Shown here in pieces: positions 11,793-27,880 of a stretch of 64,000 nt of DNA. The notes below the pieces were generated by a model, which was given only the letters and a program-made list of their open reading frames with translations, had not been told where the DNA came from and searched no databases. The stretch's first letter is position 1. The number at the start of each line of letters is the position of its first letter. Position numbers and translations under genes: made by a program. Source of the DNA: the human T2T-CHM13v2.0 reference genome, Homo sapiens; NCBI RefSeq assembly GCF_009914755.1, contig NC_060935.1; one strand, written 5' to 3'.

Positions 11793-13397
11793 CTGGAGAG
11801 AGATTCCATCGACTCACTTGAATAGTTTGAAAATGGCTATAAGTTGGCAATGCATTTTAGGAAAGACTGGTGCTTTGATTCAAGAAACAAAGCAAACACT
11901 CCTCACACTTTAGAGTATAATTAGCAGAATCTAATAGCTAATAGGAAGGCTAAGAACTCAAGCAGTGATTATGTTTTAGATCTGATTTGGGATTCTCTTG
12001 TGCAAACATTAAGCCTTTTGGAATCAATCCAGTTCTATTTAAACTAAATCTTCTTAAACTTCTTTGTATTTTCTTGCCCACATCTGGAGCAGACAGAAAA
12101 GACCACTTTACCACAGCAACAAAGCCTGCATGGTCTTTGGCCATCACTCTTTTCTTAGTAATTCTCTCTCAGTGAATCCTAGGCAGGTGTCAGGAGAGGG
12201 GATATAAGAATATGCATGTTTCCGTCCCTAATTCAAAGCAGGCTTTCCCACCAAAATATTCACAATGGCCTGGAAGCAAGTCAGGCAGTTCTTTCACAGA
12301 GATTTTGCTCAGATGCCTCCTATTAAAATGGAGACACCTGCATTTCCAGGCATTGTTGTCTGTTGCTTCATTTTCTATTAATACAGACTTTGGAGACAAA
12401 CACTAAGAAAGAAAATACCACTCAAGTATTGAGCTTTGCCCACAAATCTGATCAAAAGGCAATTTGGAAAGTAGAGCAGAACAGGGATTGAATAGATATG
12501 ATTGATGAAAGTAACATGGGTCACCGTGGGTCTTTCTAAACTGCGGTAGATTTGCATGCCATTGTACTAAGGCAGGCCTCCTGTGTTTAAAGCTTGTCAC
12601 TTCCAAGTTGGACTCCCCTTTCTGTAAGGGCAGCACTTGGGTTCCCATTACCTTTGTGTCACATCAGTCCTCAAACAAACGAATGATATTTTGGCAACAA
12701 TATTTCCATTTACTCTTTGCGATGTCATCTGGAGTAAAATATTATTTAGTTTTCCCACTTTTAGTGGCATTAAGATTAATAAGTAGTGACATTTTGCTGC
12801 TATGGACTGAAGATATACACATAAATATCTCAACAGAATAACAACTGTGGGCTGTTGAGGACTGTGCTTTTCATAAACTCATGGGGGAGTTAACAGAACC
12901 TTGTTGATTTAATCCTAGGCCTATGAAAAGTATTAAGATGGATGCTCCCAGAAGGCAAAGGGATAGAAACTTGTACTGTGAGATGAAGGGAGAACTTGTC
13001 AAAGGTGATATCTTTCTCATTAGAAAGGGACAGTCTTTGGAATGTAATGTGGAAAAGACATGTACTTCCTTTGCACACTGTGCCAGGCAGTACCTGGACC
13101 TCAGATTGTCTATGGTTCTCTGGAGCTTGTGGAGGATGGGCACTAGGTATCACATTCTTGAAAGCTGTAGGAAGGATCCACGTAGTAAATTTGTATTAGA
13201 GCCAGCACCTCTGTGTGCTTAATAATTACAATCATGGGCCTCCTTGCTCATTCTCACCTGGACTGCATAATCTCAGAGTCTTTGTTCTAATGTGGGAGGA
13301 AGAAGGAGCTACCAAAACATTTGTATTGCACATCTTAAGAACTTTGGTGAATGAGAACTTGGAAGTAGATTTTACTTGATTTAGTGGAGATGTGATC

Positions 13398-13565
13398 ATT
13401 ATAGCAAACATTTTATAATGTGCCAGTAATTGTTCTAAGCACTTATATTTACAAACTAAATTCTCACATTTCACACAGAGGAAAATGTACTTGCCAGTTG
13501 TGCTAGTTAACCTCTCAGTGCCTCCGAGTCAGGATTTGGAACCCAAGCAGTGCAACTGTAAAATG
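13398..13565 (-). mobile_element. MIR SINE fragment
   Basis: atgtgccagtaattgttctaagcactt, cacagaggaaaa, gagtcaggatttggaacccaagcagt. Confidence 0.65.
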
Positions 13566-14749
13566 TCTCTCATTCAGGTAAGGCATGATTTACATTAATT
13601 GCAAGCTTAAGGAAAAGGAAGGGAGATGAATGTTGGATGAGCTATTCCCCCAAATACACACACTCACACACACCCGTTTTGTTCAGGGGACTCGCTATGC
13701 TTCTGTTGATTTACCTTTAGGTAATATTAGGAATAATGCTCAGTTTGATAAATATGTACTGCATTGGGCTGAGGTGCATTGAAAGTCTTTATTGCACCAC
13801 TTGCAGTTAGAAGAGAGTGACTTGGAGATACAGAAGAATGAATTTATCTTTCTACTTTATTCTTTCTTTTCCCCACATCTATGTTCTTATCCCTCATCTG
13901 GACACTCTCCTAGTCTAGACTGTTGGGAATGACAGCTAAGTGTGACAGAATATTTTATTTTACACTTGTTTACCCTAGTAGGTTCTGATAGTCATGTATT
14001 TCTTGGAAATGGAATTTGTCATAGAGGGAGTAAGATTTAGTCAGGTCCTTAGTCCTGTTTCTTCTTTTAGGCAATACATGTATATTTCCTCTTCTTACTT
14101 TTTCTCACCTGTTTTTCTCCCAACATTTCCTGAGTAGAAGCCAGTCCAGCCCCCAAACAACAGCTCAATACCCCTGCCCTCTTGCAAACAGCTCACACTC
14201 AAGCAAACAGCACAGCCTGGGAGGTTTGCAGGTTTGTGGATTGCCACTGGACCCTGTCCAAACCCCATTAGCCTGTGCCCAAGAAGGTCTAATGGGATCT
14301 ACTGTTACGTTGCATAGGATTTATTATACCTGAGCTTTTGAAGAGCAAGAAAGACATTCCTCTTTTCCTCTCTTTCGCCCTGTGATTTCCACTCCATTAC
14401 TGAGGTCAGTTCATGTGGCCTGCCCAAAAGAAAAATTGGTAAAAACGGACAGTGTTTTCTCCACAGCACCTTCAGTTGCCCTTTTATCTTCTCATCCTCC
14501 ATCTTGCAACCCATACTCCTCTTCTCCTTCCATCTCATTCACGTCCATCTTGTTTTTTCTTTCTTTTTTTTTCTCTTCTTCCTGTCCCAGTACCTTCCTT
14601 TTAGACTGACAATACTGTATAGCTAAATAAATATCCTGTCAATCCTTCAGACTCTCCTTCGTTTTGGTTTTCTTTTAAATAAAAATTGAATTCTGTAAGA
14701 ACTGATTTGGTACCTGAGTTTTTGCACTTGTTATAATAAGAACAGATCT

Positions 14750-14890
14750 GAAAAGATCTGAGAGGAATGAAGACATCAGTTAAGAGGCTTCTGTCATAAT
14801 CCAAGGAAGAGCAGATAGTGGCTTGAGTAAACGGGCAATGGAAAACACAGACACATTTAAATATGATAGTGAAGCAAGACACTCATAGAA
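14750..14890 (-). mobile_element. L2 fragment
   Basis: cagttaagaggcttctgtcataatccaagg...gatagtggcttga resembles reverse L2. Confidence 0.55.
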
Positions 14891-15099
14891 GGAAACTCTT
14901 GCTTAGGAAAACAAAAGTGGCAATTTAGGATTGTCCATTTCTAAAATGATAGGGATTTAATTACAGCTAGTGTCATTTCTACTCGTAGCAAAAAGCAATG
15001 GTACTGACACTTTTCATGCAGCTGCCTCTGGAAGGTCAGAAAAAAAGACAAATGCACCACATATGAATAACGAGGCAGCCTTTTGGTCCCAGTAGCAAC

Positions 15100-17195
15100 A
15101 TAAATTTATAATCTTAAAAGCATGCTCAAGGGGGAAATATACTTTGGTATTATAGGACTAGAATTTGAAACTAATTACTGAAAGATGTGTTTCAGGTAAT
15201 AGAAAACAATCTTAAGGTTTTGAGATATAAATAATCAACTGGATTACAATATAGTAACAATAATATCTAATTTGAGTTATAAAACATAATAGCTCTAAAA
15301 GATTAGAAAAAGAATAATTGCTAAGTTATAATAATAAGAATAGTTAATATGTTAACTTATAGTTCAGAGACATTAATTGACCTTATACTTTTAGTAAAAT
15401 ATGCATATATTTAGAAACTACTCAAAGAATGGAACTAGTGCATGGCTTATGAAACAATAGAGGAACAAACTCTACCGTTGCCTCTGAAATAAAATAAATA
15501 AAGCTTTACCTTCTTTATATCCTTATTTCACAAGTGATTAATAAAGGAAACCAGCCAGGCTGAGCTCTCATTGGTGGTGAGGCTGAACTTGAATTATAAC
15601 TCACAGAGGACATTAAGTCAAAGAAAGGCTTCCGAATCGCAAATCTCAAACCAAAGGAAACAAGCCACCATACTTGATAGCAGAAATAATAAACAGCATA
15701 ATTTTACCCCCAAGAGTCTTGTTTATTAGAATATACATATATAAAATGTAAATAATAAATAGTTTAAATAATTAAACTGGGCATTGAAAACATGAATAAG
15801 GAATGATAGCTTTGAAAATAACTAAAAAGATTATAGAAAAGATAAATTTTATTATTAAAATTTTATAAATCAATAGATTATTTAAATAGTAGATTCTATG
15901 GTAATTCTGAAACAGTTGGTGAAGTATAAAATAGATCTAGAGAAAGTATCACAATTTTGTACAGAGATCAAGAGATATGAGATAGGAAAGATTAAATAAG
16001 GAGACGGAGGAAATGATGAGAAGCACTATCAAATAGTTGATCAAAGGTGAAGTTTTTCTATGACAGAAAAACATATTTGATGAGAAAAGGATTAAAAATG
16101 TCTAGAAAAGATGGAAAATAAAAACAAAAACAAAAACAAGCCCTGAGCTTTGGGATGCTCAATGAATCCTAAGAAGGATAAAAAAGACAATAAATCTGGT
16201 AAAATTTCAAAACACAAAAAATGAAAAGAAGATATTAAAATCTCCCAGCTTAAAAAGATAGATTGTCTATAAAGAAAGAACAGACTCAGCCCTGACTTCT
16301 TAATAACAAGTGTGGTAAAAGCAGGAAAATTATGCTTTCAATGTTCTGAGAGAATCTCAACTAATCATTGAATAAAGACAGTAGAATAAAGACATTTATA
16401 TTAAAACAAAAAACAACAGAGTTGACACAAATGACTCACAAGTAAGTAACTTTCGCAAGATATGCTTCAGGTAGAAGAAAATGATCTTAAAGCATGTTTT
16501 GAGATATAAGAAAAAATAATAAATTAGCATATTATGTTCGCATATATGTAGAAATTCCTTAAAGAATGGAACTAGTATGTGGCTTATCAAACAGTAGAGG
16601 GGCAAAACAGAATATAAAAATTCAATAAATACTTTCAAAGACAGAAAAGAAATATGAAATGAGGGCTATAGAGAAAAAAATATTTAGAAATATTTCACAA
16701 ACACACAACATACACACATAAAACATACAATTATAGCAATTATGAACAGATTAAACTTTCTAGTTAAAAGACAGAATATTGAACTTGTTTAAACCAATCT
16801 CACTATGTGCTGCCTAAAAGAAATTATTCTGAAATATAAGAACACATAAAGGTTGTAAAGAAGAGAATAGAAGAATAAGTATCAGATATATTTACTTTAA
16901 AAATATAATGCAATACCATTTAATAATAGAATTTAATAATAGTCTTACACTTTAAGCAAATAATTTAGTGATCTAAAGACAACCACTAACTAATTTTTTT
17001 AAGAGTTTGATTTACCAGTATATTTACTAGTACCTAAATTTTGTGTGCATATAATAAAACAGCCTCAAAATATATAAAGTAAAAAAGTATTTTTTAGAAG
17101 AAATTTACAAACTTGCAAACAGGGTAAATATTTTAACAACTCTCTTAATAATTAATTGACCAATAAGATAATATAAGTTAGAATATTAAGGACTT
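15100..17195 (+). mobile_element. Highly decayed L1ME-type ORF1 / inter-ORF / ORF2 endonuclease region
   Basis: A-rich ORF1-like sequence at 15750-16500; ORF2 start-like motifs (ttaaactttctagttaaaagacaga, cactatgtgctgccta) at 16750-16870. Confidence 0.6.
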
Positions 17196-17284
17196 CTTTT
17201 CAGTATTCTTAAAGAAATTCCAACCAAGAATTTCATATCCACCAAATTAAGATTCATAAGCAAAGGAGAAATAAAATATTTTCT

Positions 17285-19396
<2,112 letters not shown>

Positions 19397-21200
19397 AAAT
19401 ATTTTCTAGTAAACAAGCACTAAGGGAATTCATGACAATTAAACAAAACTTACAAGAGATCCTTAAGGGAGTTCGACACATGGAAATAAAAGAATGATAT
19501 CTCCTACCACAAAAACACACTTAAGTACATAGACCACATAACCTATACGACAAACACATGGTAGAAACTAAAAATCAACCAGCTAACAAATTTACAATCT
19601 ACCTCAAATATCAATATTAACCTTGAATACAAATAGTCTAAATGCCCCACATAAAAGGCATATAATGGAAACTTGAATTAAAAAAAAAAACAAGATCTAT
19701 CCATCTTCTATCTTCAAGAGATTGATCTCACATGCAATAACACACATAGGCTCAAAGTAAAGTGTTGGAAAAGATCTACCATGCAAACAAAATAAAAAAG
19801 AGCAGGGGTTGCTATTCTTATATTAGATAAAATAGACTTTAAACCAACATCAGAAAAAAAAGAAAGAATTACATAATGATAAAGGGTTCAATTGATATAT
19901 TCTAAATATATACACACCCAATATTGGAGCAATTAAGGTTCATAAAATAAATACCTCTAAACCTATAAAAAAGCTTAGAAAGCCACACAATAATGATGTG
20001 GTATTTTAACACCCCACTGACAGCATTACAGGGATCATTAAGGCAGAAAACTGACAGTCTGGAATTGAACTCAACACTTGATCAGTTAGAGCTAAGAGAC
20101 ATCTATAGAATACTCCACCCATCAATTACAGAATATACTTTCCTCTCATCAGCACACAGAACATAACTCAGGATTAACTACATGCTTGGCCATAAAGCAA
20201 GTCTCAATACATTCAAAAAATTAAAATTATACCAACCATAATATCTGAGCACAGTGGAATAAAAATAGAAATCAATACCAAGAAGAACTCTCAAAACAAT
20301 AAAGTTACATGGATATTAAAACAACTTGCTCCTGAATGATTTTGGAATAAAAAGCAAAATCAAGGCAGAAATAAAAAAAAATGTTCAAATAAATGAAAAC
20401 AGAAAAACAATATAGTAAAATCTCCAGGATACAGAAAATGCAGTATTAAGAGGGAAGTTTATAGTGCTAAGCTCAAAAAGTTAAAAAGTCCCAAGTTAAT
20501 TAACTAATGCCATGCCTAGAGGAGCCAGAAAAATTAGAAAAAATTAACTCCAAAGCTAGCAAAAGACATGAAATATATAAATCAGAGCAAAACTGAATAA
20601 AATTGAGACTCAGCAATCCATACAAAAAGTAAATGAAACCAAAAGTCAGCTTTTTGAAAGGAGAAACAAAATTGATAGACCACAAGCTATATTGACAAAG
20701 AAAAAAAGAGAGAAGATCCAAATAAGCACAACCAGAAATGATAAATGTTATGTAACAACTGATCCCACAGAAATACAAAAGATCTTCAGACTATGATGAA
20801 CACCTCTATGCCCACAAACTAGAAAGTCTAGATAAAATGAATAAATTGCAGGAAAAGTAAAACCTCCCAAGACTGAACCAGGAAGAAATGGAATCCCTGA
20901 ACAAACCAGTAACAAATTCCAAAATTGTTTCAGTAATAAAAAACACCTACCAAGAAAAAGCCCAGGACCAGATGGATTCACAGCCAAATTCAACCAGATG
21001 TATAAAAAGAGGTGGTACCATTTCTACTAAAACTGTTCCAAAAACCTGAGGAAGAGGGACTTCTCCCTAACTCATTCTATGAAGCCAGCATCATCCTGAT
21101 ACTAAAACCTGGCAGAGACATAACATAAAAAAGAAAACTTCAGGTCAATATCCTTGATGATCATAGATGCAAAAATTCTTAACAAAATATTAGCAAACCA

Positions 21201-21379
21201 GCCAGGTGTGGTGGCACACAATGGTAGTCTCAAGTACTCAGCAGACTGAGGTAGGAGGATAGTTTGAACCTGAGAGGCAGAGGTTCCAGTGAGCTGAGAT
21301 CACACCACTGCACTCCAGCCTGGGCAACAGAGTGAGACTATCTCAAAAACAAAACAAAACAAACAAACAAAAAACCTCT
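21201..21379 (+). mobile_element. 5'-truncated Alu (right monomer) with (CAAAA)n tail
   Basis: Right-arm sequence only; 16-bp TSD aaatattagcaa(a/g)cca at 21185-21200 and 21380-21395. Confidence 0.9.
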
Positions 21380-22923
21380 AAATATTAGCAAGCCAAATCT
21401 AGCAGCACATCAAAGAGTTAATCCACCACAATCAAGTAGGCTTTATCCCTGGGATGCAAAGGTGGTTCAACAAATGCAAACCAATAAATGCAATTCGCTG
21501 CAAAAACAGAATTAAAAACTAAAACCATATGATCATCTCAAAAAACACAGAAAGCTTCTAATAAAATCCAACATCCATTTTCATGATAAAAACCATCAAC
21601 AAACTGGGTATCAAAGAAACATATCTCAAAATAATAAGCACCATCTACGGTAAACTCACAGCCAACATCATACTGAATGGGTAAAAACTGAAAGCATTAC
21701 CTTCAAGAACTGGAACAAGACAAACATGCTCCCTCTCATCATTCCTATTCAAAATGGTACTGAAAGTGATAGCCAGAGCAATCAGGCAAATGAAAGAAAT
21801 AAAAGGCAACCATATAGGAATATAAGAAGTCAAACTATCCCTCTTCACTCATGGTATGATTTTTTTTATGCTTATTGGCCACATGTTATGTCTTCTTGTG
21901 AAAAATACCTGTTCATGTCCTTTGTCCACTTTTTAAGGGGGTTGTTTGTTTTTTTTTCTGGTTAATTTGTTTAAGTTTCTTTTAGATCCTAGATATTAGA
22001 CCTTTGTTGAATGCATACTTTGCAAATATTTTCTCCCATTCTGTAGGTTGTCTGTTTACTGTGTTGATGGCTTCTTTTGCTTTGCAGAAGTTCTTTATTT
22101 TAATTAGGCCCGAATTTTTCAATTTTTGTTTCTGTTGCCATTACTTTCAGCATCTTTGTCATGAAATCTTTGCCAGGGCCTATGTTCAGAATGGTATTTC
22201 CTAGGTTATCGTCCAGAGTTTTTTAAATTTTAGAGTTTGCATTTAAGTCTTTAATCAGCCTTGAGTTGATTTTTGTATATGGTGTAAGAAAGGGGTCCAG
22301 GTTCAATCTTCTGAATATGGCTAGCCAGTTATCTCACCACCATTTATAGAATAGGAAGCATTTTCCCATTGCTTGTTTTTGTCAACTTTGTCAAAGATCA
22401 GATGGTTGTATGTGATTGGCATTATTTCTGGGCTCTCTATTCTGGTCTACATGTCTGTTTTGTACAAGCACCATGCTGTTTTCATTACTGTAGCCCTGTA
22501 GAATAGTTTAAAGTTGGATAGTGTGATGCCTTCAGCTTTATTCTTTCTGCTGAGAATGGTCTAGGCTATTTGAGATCTTTTAAAATTTTTTGGTTCTATA
22601 TGAATTTTCAAATAGTTATTTCTAATTCAGTGAAGAGTGTCATTGGTAGTTTGATAAGAATAGTAGTAAATCTATAAATTGCTTTGGGCAGTATGGCCAT
22701 TGTAAAGATAATGATTCTTCCTATCCATAAGCATGGAATATTTTTTCATTTATTTGTGTCATTTCTTTTAGCAGTTTTGTAGTTCACTTTGTAGAGATTG
22801 TTTACCTCCTCATTTAGCTGTATTCCTAGATACTTTGTTCTTTTTTTGCTACTGTTTATGTGATTGCATTCTTGATTTGGCTTTCAGCTTGGATGTTGTT
22901 AGTGTATAGAAATGCTACTGATT

Positions 22924-23377
<454 letters not shown>

Positions 23378-26300
23378 AGAAATGCTATTGATTTTTGTGC
23401 ATAGAATTGTAGCCTGAGACTTTGCTGAAATTGTTTATCAGATCTATAAACTTTTGGGCAGAGACTATGGAGTTTTCTAGTATAGAATCATGTCTGCAAA
23501 CAGATATTTGACTGCCTCTCTTCCTATTTGGATGCCTTTTATTTATCTGTCTTGCCTGATTGCCCTGGCCAGGACTACCAATATCATGCTGAATAGAAGT
23601 GGTGAGAGTGGGCATCCTTGTCTTGTTCTAGTTCTCATGAAGAAAGCTTATAGCTTTTGCCCATTAAATTTGATGCTGGCTATGGGTTTGTCATAAATAG
23701 CTCTTATTATTTCGAGGTATGTTTCTTCATTGATTAGTTTTTTTTTAGGGTTTTTAACATGAAAAGCTGTTGAATTTTATCAAAAGCCTTTTCTGCTTTT
23801 ACTGAGAAAATTATAAGGTTTTTTGTTTTTAGTTCTGTTTATGTGGTGAATCACATTTACTGATTTGCATATGTTGACCAATCTTGCATCTCAGGGATAA
23901 AGCCTACTTGACTGCGGTGGATTAGCTTTATCTTGTGCTTCTAGATTCGATTTGCTAGAATTGTTCATGTTTATCAAGGATATTGGCCTGAAGTTTTATT
24001 TTTATGTTGTGTCTCTGCCAGGTTTTGGTATCAGGATGATGCTGACCTCATAGGACAAACTAGGGAGAAGTCACTCTTTCTCAATTTTTTGGAATAGTTT
24101 CAACTGGAATTCTACCAGCTCTTCTTTATATATCTGGTAGGATTTTGCTGTGAACTTATATGGTCCTGGACTTTTTCTTGCTAGTAGGCTTTTTATTACT
24201 AAATCAATTTTAGAAGTTGTTATTGATCTGTTCAGGAATTCCATTTCTGCCTGGTTCAATCTTGAGATGTTATATATTCTCAGGAATTTATTTATTTCAT
24301 CGGTTTTCTAGTTTGTGTGCATCAAGGTGTTCACAGTAGTCTTTTGAGATTTTTTGTGTTTCTATGGGGTTGGTGGTAATGTTCCCTTTGTCATTTCTGA
24401 TTGAGTTTATTTAGATCTTCTCTCTTTTTTTCTTTATTAGTGTAGCTAGTAGCCTACTAGACTAATAAAGCTACTAGACTAGTAGCTAGTACACTACTAG
24501 GCTAATAAAGCTGAATTCTGTATTCAATAATAAAGAAACACATACTGTATTCACTGATCTTTTGTATGCTTCTTGAGTCTCAAATTCCTTCAGTTCAGCT
24601 CTGATTTTGTTTATTTTTGTCTTCTGCTCACTCTGGAGTTGGTTTGCTCTTGTTCCTCTAGTTTCTCTAGGTGTGATGTTAGATTGTTAATTTGAGATCT
24701 TTCTGCTTGTTTGAATGAGTGCTTAGCATTATAAACCTTCCTCTTAACACTGCTTTAGGTGTATCCCAGAGATTCTGGTATAGTGTATCTTTGTTCTCAT
24801 TTGTTTCAAATCATTTCTTGATTTCTGCCTTGATTTCATTGTTTACTCAGTAGTCATTTAGGTGCAGGTTGTTTAATTTCCATGTAACTGTATGGTTGTG
24901 AGTGATTTTCTTAGTATTAATTTCTATTTTTATAGTGCTGTGGTCTGAGAGTGTGATTGGTATGATTTTACTTTTTTTGAATTTTCTAAGGATTGTTTTA
25001 TGGCCAATTATGTGGTCTTTTGTAAAGCATGTCCATGGGCAGATGAGAAGAATGTATATTCTGTTGTTGTGGGGGTTGAAGAGTTCTGTAGATGTCTATG
25101 AGATTTATTTGGTCCAGTGTTGTGTTCAAGTCCTTAATATCTTTGTTAGTTTTCTGCTTGATGATCTGTCTAATACTGTCAGTGGGTGTTGAAGTCTCCC
25201 ACTATTATTTTGTGGGAGTCTAAGTGTCCTTGAATGTCTCTAAGAAGTTGCTTTATGAATCTGGGTGCTCCTGTGATGGGTGCATATATATTTAGGGTAG
25301 TTAGGTCTTCTTGTTAACTTGAACTCTTTACCATTACCCTTGTCTTTTTTTATGTTTGTTGGTTGAAAGTCTGTTTCATCTGAAATTAGGATTGCAACCC
25401 TGCTTTTTTCTGCTTTTCATTTGCTTGGTAGATGTTTTTCGATTCTTTTACTTTGAACCTGTGGGTGTCATTGCATGTGAGATGAGTCTCTTGTATACAG
25501 CATATAGGTGGGTCTTACTTCTTTACCCAACTTGCCATTCTGTGCCTTTTAAATGGGGTATTTAGCCTCCTTACATTAAAAGTTGATATTGATATGCGCA
25601 GGTTTGATCCTGTCATTGTGTTGTTAGCTGGTTATTATGCAGAATTAACAGAATTAACTGTGTGGCTGCCTTATAGTGTCAGTGATCTATGCACTTAAGT
25701 GTGTTTTTATGGTGGCTGGTAATGGTCCTTTTTTTCCATATTTAGCACTCCCTGAGGACCTTTTGTAAGGCAGCTCTGATGGTAACAAATTCTCTTAGCA
25801 TTTGCTTGTCTGAAAAGGACCTTATTTCTCTTTCACTTATGAAACTTAGTTTGGCTGGATATAAAATTCTTCATTGGAATTTCCTTTCCTTAAAAATGCT
25901 GAATATATAGACACCCCCAATGTCTTCTGGCTTGTAGGATTTCTGCTCTTAGATCGACTGTTAGTCTGATGGAGTTTCTTGTGTAGGTGACCTGCCCCTT
26001 CTGTCTAGCTGCCTTTAACAGTTTACTTTCATTTTAACCTTGGAGAATCTAATGACTGTGTGTCTTAGAAATAATTGTCCTGTATAGTATCTTGCAGGGG
26101 TTCTCTGGATTTGAGTATTGACCCCTCTAGTGAGATTGGGGAAATTTTTGTGGATGATATCTTCAAATATGTTTTCCAAACTGCTTTTCTCCCCCTACAG
26201 GGACATCAAAAAGTCATAGATTTGGTTTCTTTACATAATCCCATATTTTTCTAAGTTTTATTCATTCTTCTTTATTTTTTCTTTATTTTTATCTAACTCA

Positions 26301-26929
26301 GTTATTTTGGAGAACTGGTCTTTGAACTCAGAGATTCTTTTCTCAGCTTGGTCAATTCCACTGTTAATAATTGTGATTGTATCATGAAATTCCAGAAGTG
26401 AGCTTTTAAACTTTATCAGCTCAGTTTGGATCTTTCTTAAAATGATCATTTTGTTTTTCATCTCCTGTATCATTTTATTGTTTTTATTAGATTCCTTGGA
26501 CTGGGATTCAACTTTCTCCTAGATGTCAATGATCTTTCTTCCTATCCATATTCTGCATTCTATTTCTGACATTTCACCTATTTCAGCATGGTTAAGAACC
26601 ATTGTTGGAGAACTAGTGCAGGCATTTAGAGGTAAGAAGACACCCTAGCTTTTTGATTTGCCAGAGTTCTTGCACTGTTGTTTTCTCATCTGTGTGGGCT
26701 GATATCCCTTCAATCTTTGAAGTTGCTGTAGCTTCAGTAGTTTTTTTTCTTTTATCTTCTTTGATGCCCTTGAGGGTTTGATTGTGATATAAGGTGGGTT
26801 TAATCAACTGGCTTGATTTTTGTCTGCTCTTGGGTCTTGTGAAACCCCCTATGATTACTGTCTCCAAGACTGCATTCCTTTTTGGGGTGCTCTGTTCCAA
26901 GGGTGTATCCTTATCGGGTCAGGCCTAAT

Positions 26930-27880
26930 CTGCTGCCTGAGTGCTTCCTCAGGGAAAAGAGGGGTTATAGCTGCCCACAGAGTTCAGGCAAAAGTGGGAC
27001 TGCTGAACTGGACATACTAGTGGGTGTAGCTAATCTGGCTATGAAAGACTAGGTGAGTGCAGTTGCCTGCCCGGCCATCTGGGTATTTCCCAGGCAATAT
27101 GAGGCTGCACTCCTCAACAAATTCAAGCAGAAGTCAGAACACTGGACTGGAAGATCTAGAAGATGTGGCTGGCATGGCTATGAGAAGTAGGACTAGGTGG
27201 AGTCACCTACTCTGCCATTGGGAGTTTCCCAGGACAACAGGAGGCTGAGCACACTGGCTAAGTTTAGACAGAAGTGGGACCACTGGCCTGAAAGCTCTAG
27301 CAGGTATTTCCCACATGTAACCAGTAGCAGGGGTAGATCTAGTCACCTGCTCTGCCATCCCAGTGCTCTCCAGGACAACAGGAGGCTGTACCCACTGGCT
27401 GAGTTCACACAGAAACAGGACTGCTGGACTAGAAACTTTAGCCAGAATTGCCTGCCTGGCTACTAGCAGTGAGAATGGGTAGGGTAACTCACCCTGCTGT
27501 CTGGGTGTTTCCCGGGCCAATGGGAGGCTTTCCTCACTGGCTGCATTAAGGCAGAAGAGGGATCACTGAGCTGGAAGCTCTAGAAGGAGTTGCCTGTCTG
27601 GCTACTAGTTGCAGGGGTGGGTGGGGTTGCCCACCCTGCTCTCTGGGTGATGTTTCCTGGGACAACAGGAGGTTGTGCCCTCTGTCTGAGTTCACATAGT
27701 AGTAGGACTGCTGGACTGGCAGCTCCAGCAGGAATTGCCTCCCTAGCTACCTGTAGTGGCAGTTATGAAGTTGTCTGCCCTACTGTCCACGTGTTTGCCA
27801 AGACAACAGGAGGCTGTGGCTGCCAGCCGAGTCCCGGGAGAAGTGGGACAACTGAGCTGGAATCTCTTGCTGAGCCCTAT
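26930..27880 (-). repeat. Degenerate tandem array of seven ~141-bp monomers within the L1 5'UTR
   Basis: Anchor ggacaacaggaggctg and variants at ~26951, 27092, 27232, 27373, 27515, 27660 and 27801. Confidence 0.88.

Noticed and set aside
11950-13222. Cluster of 60-99 aa ORFs in non-repeat DNA, considered as a processed pseudogene
   Set aside because: No recognisable protein family, ORFs on both strands in inconsistent frames, no poly(A) or TSD.
26930-27880. Regularly spaced repeats considered as a CRISPR-like array
   Set aside because: The whole ~141-bp unit is homologous with no unique spacers, it lies inside a mammalian L1 5'UTR, and there are no cas genes.
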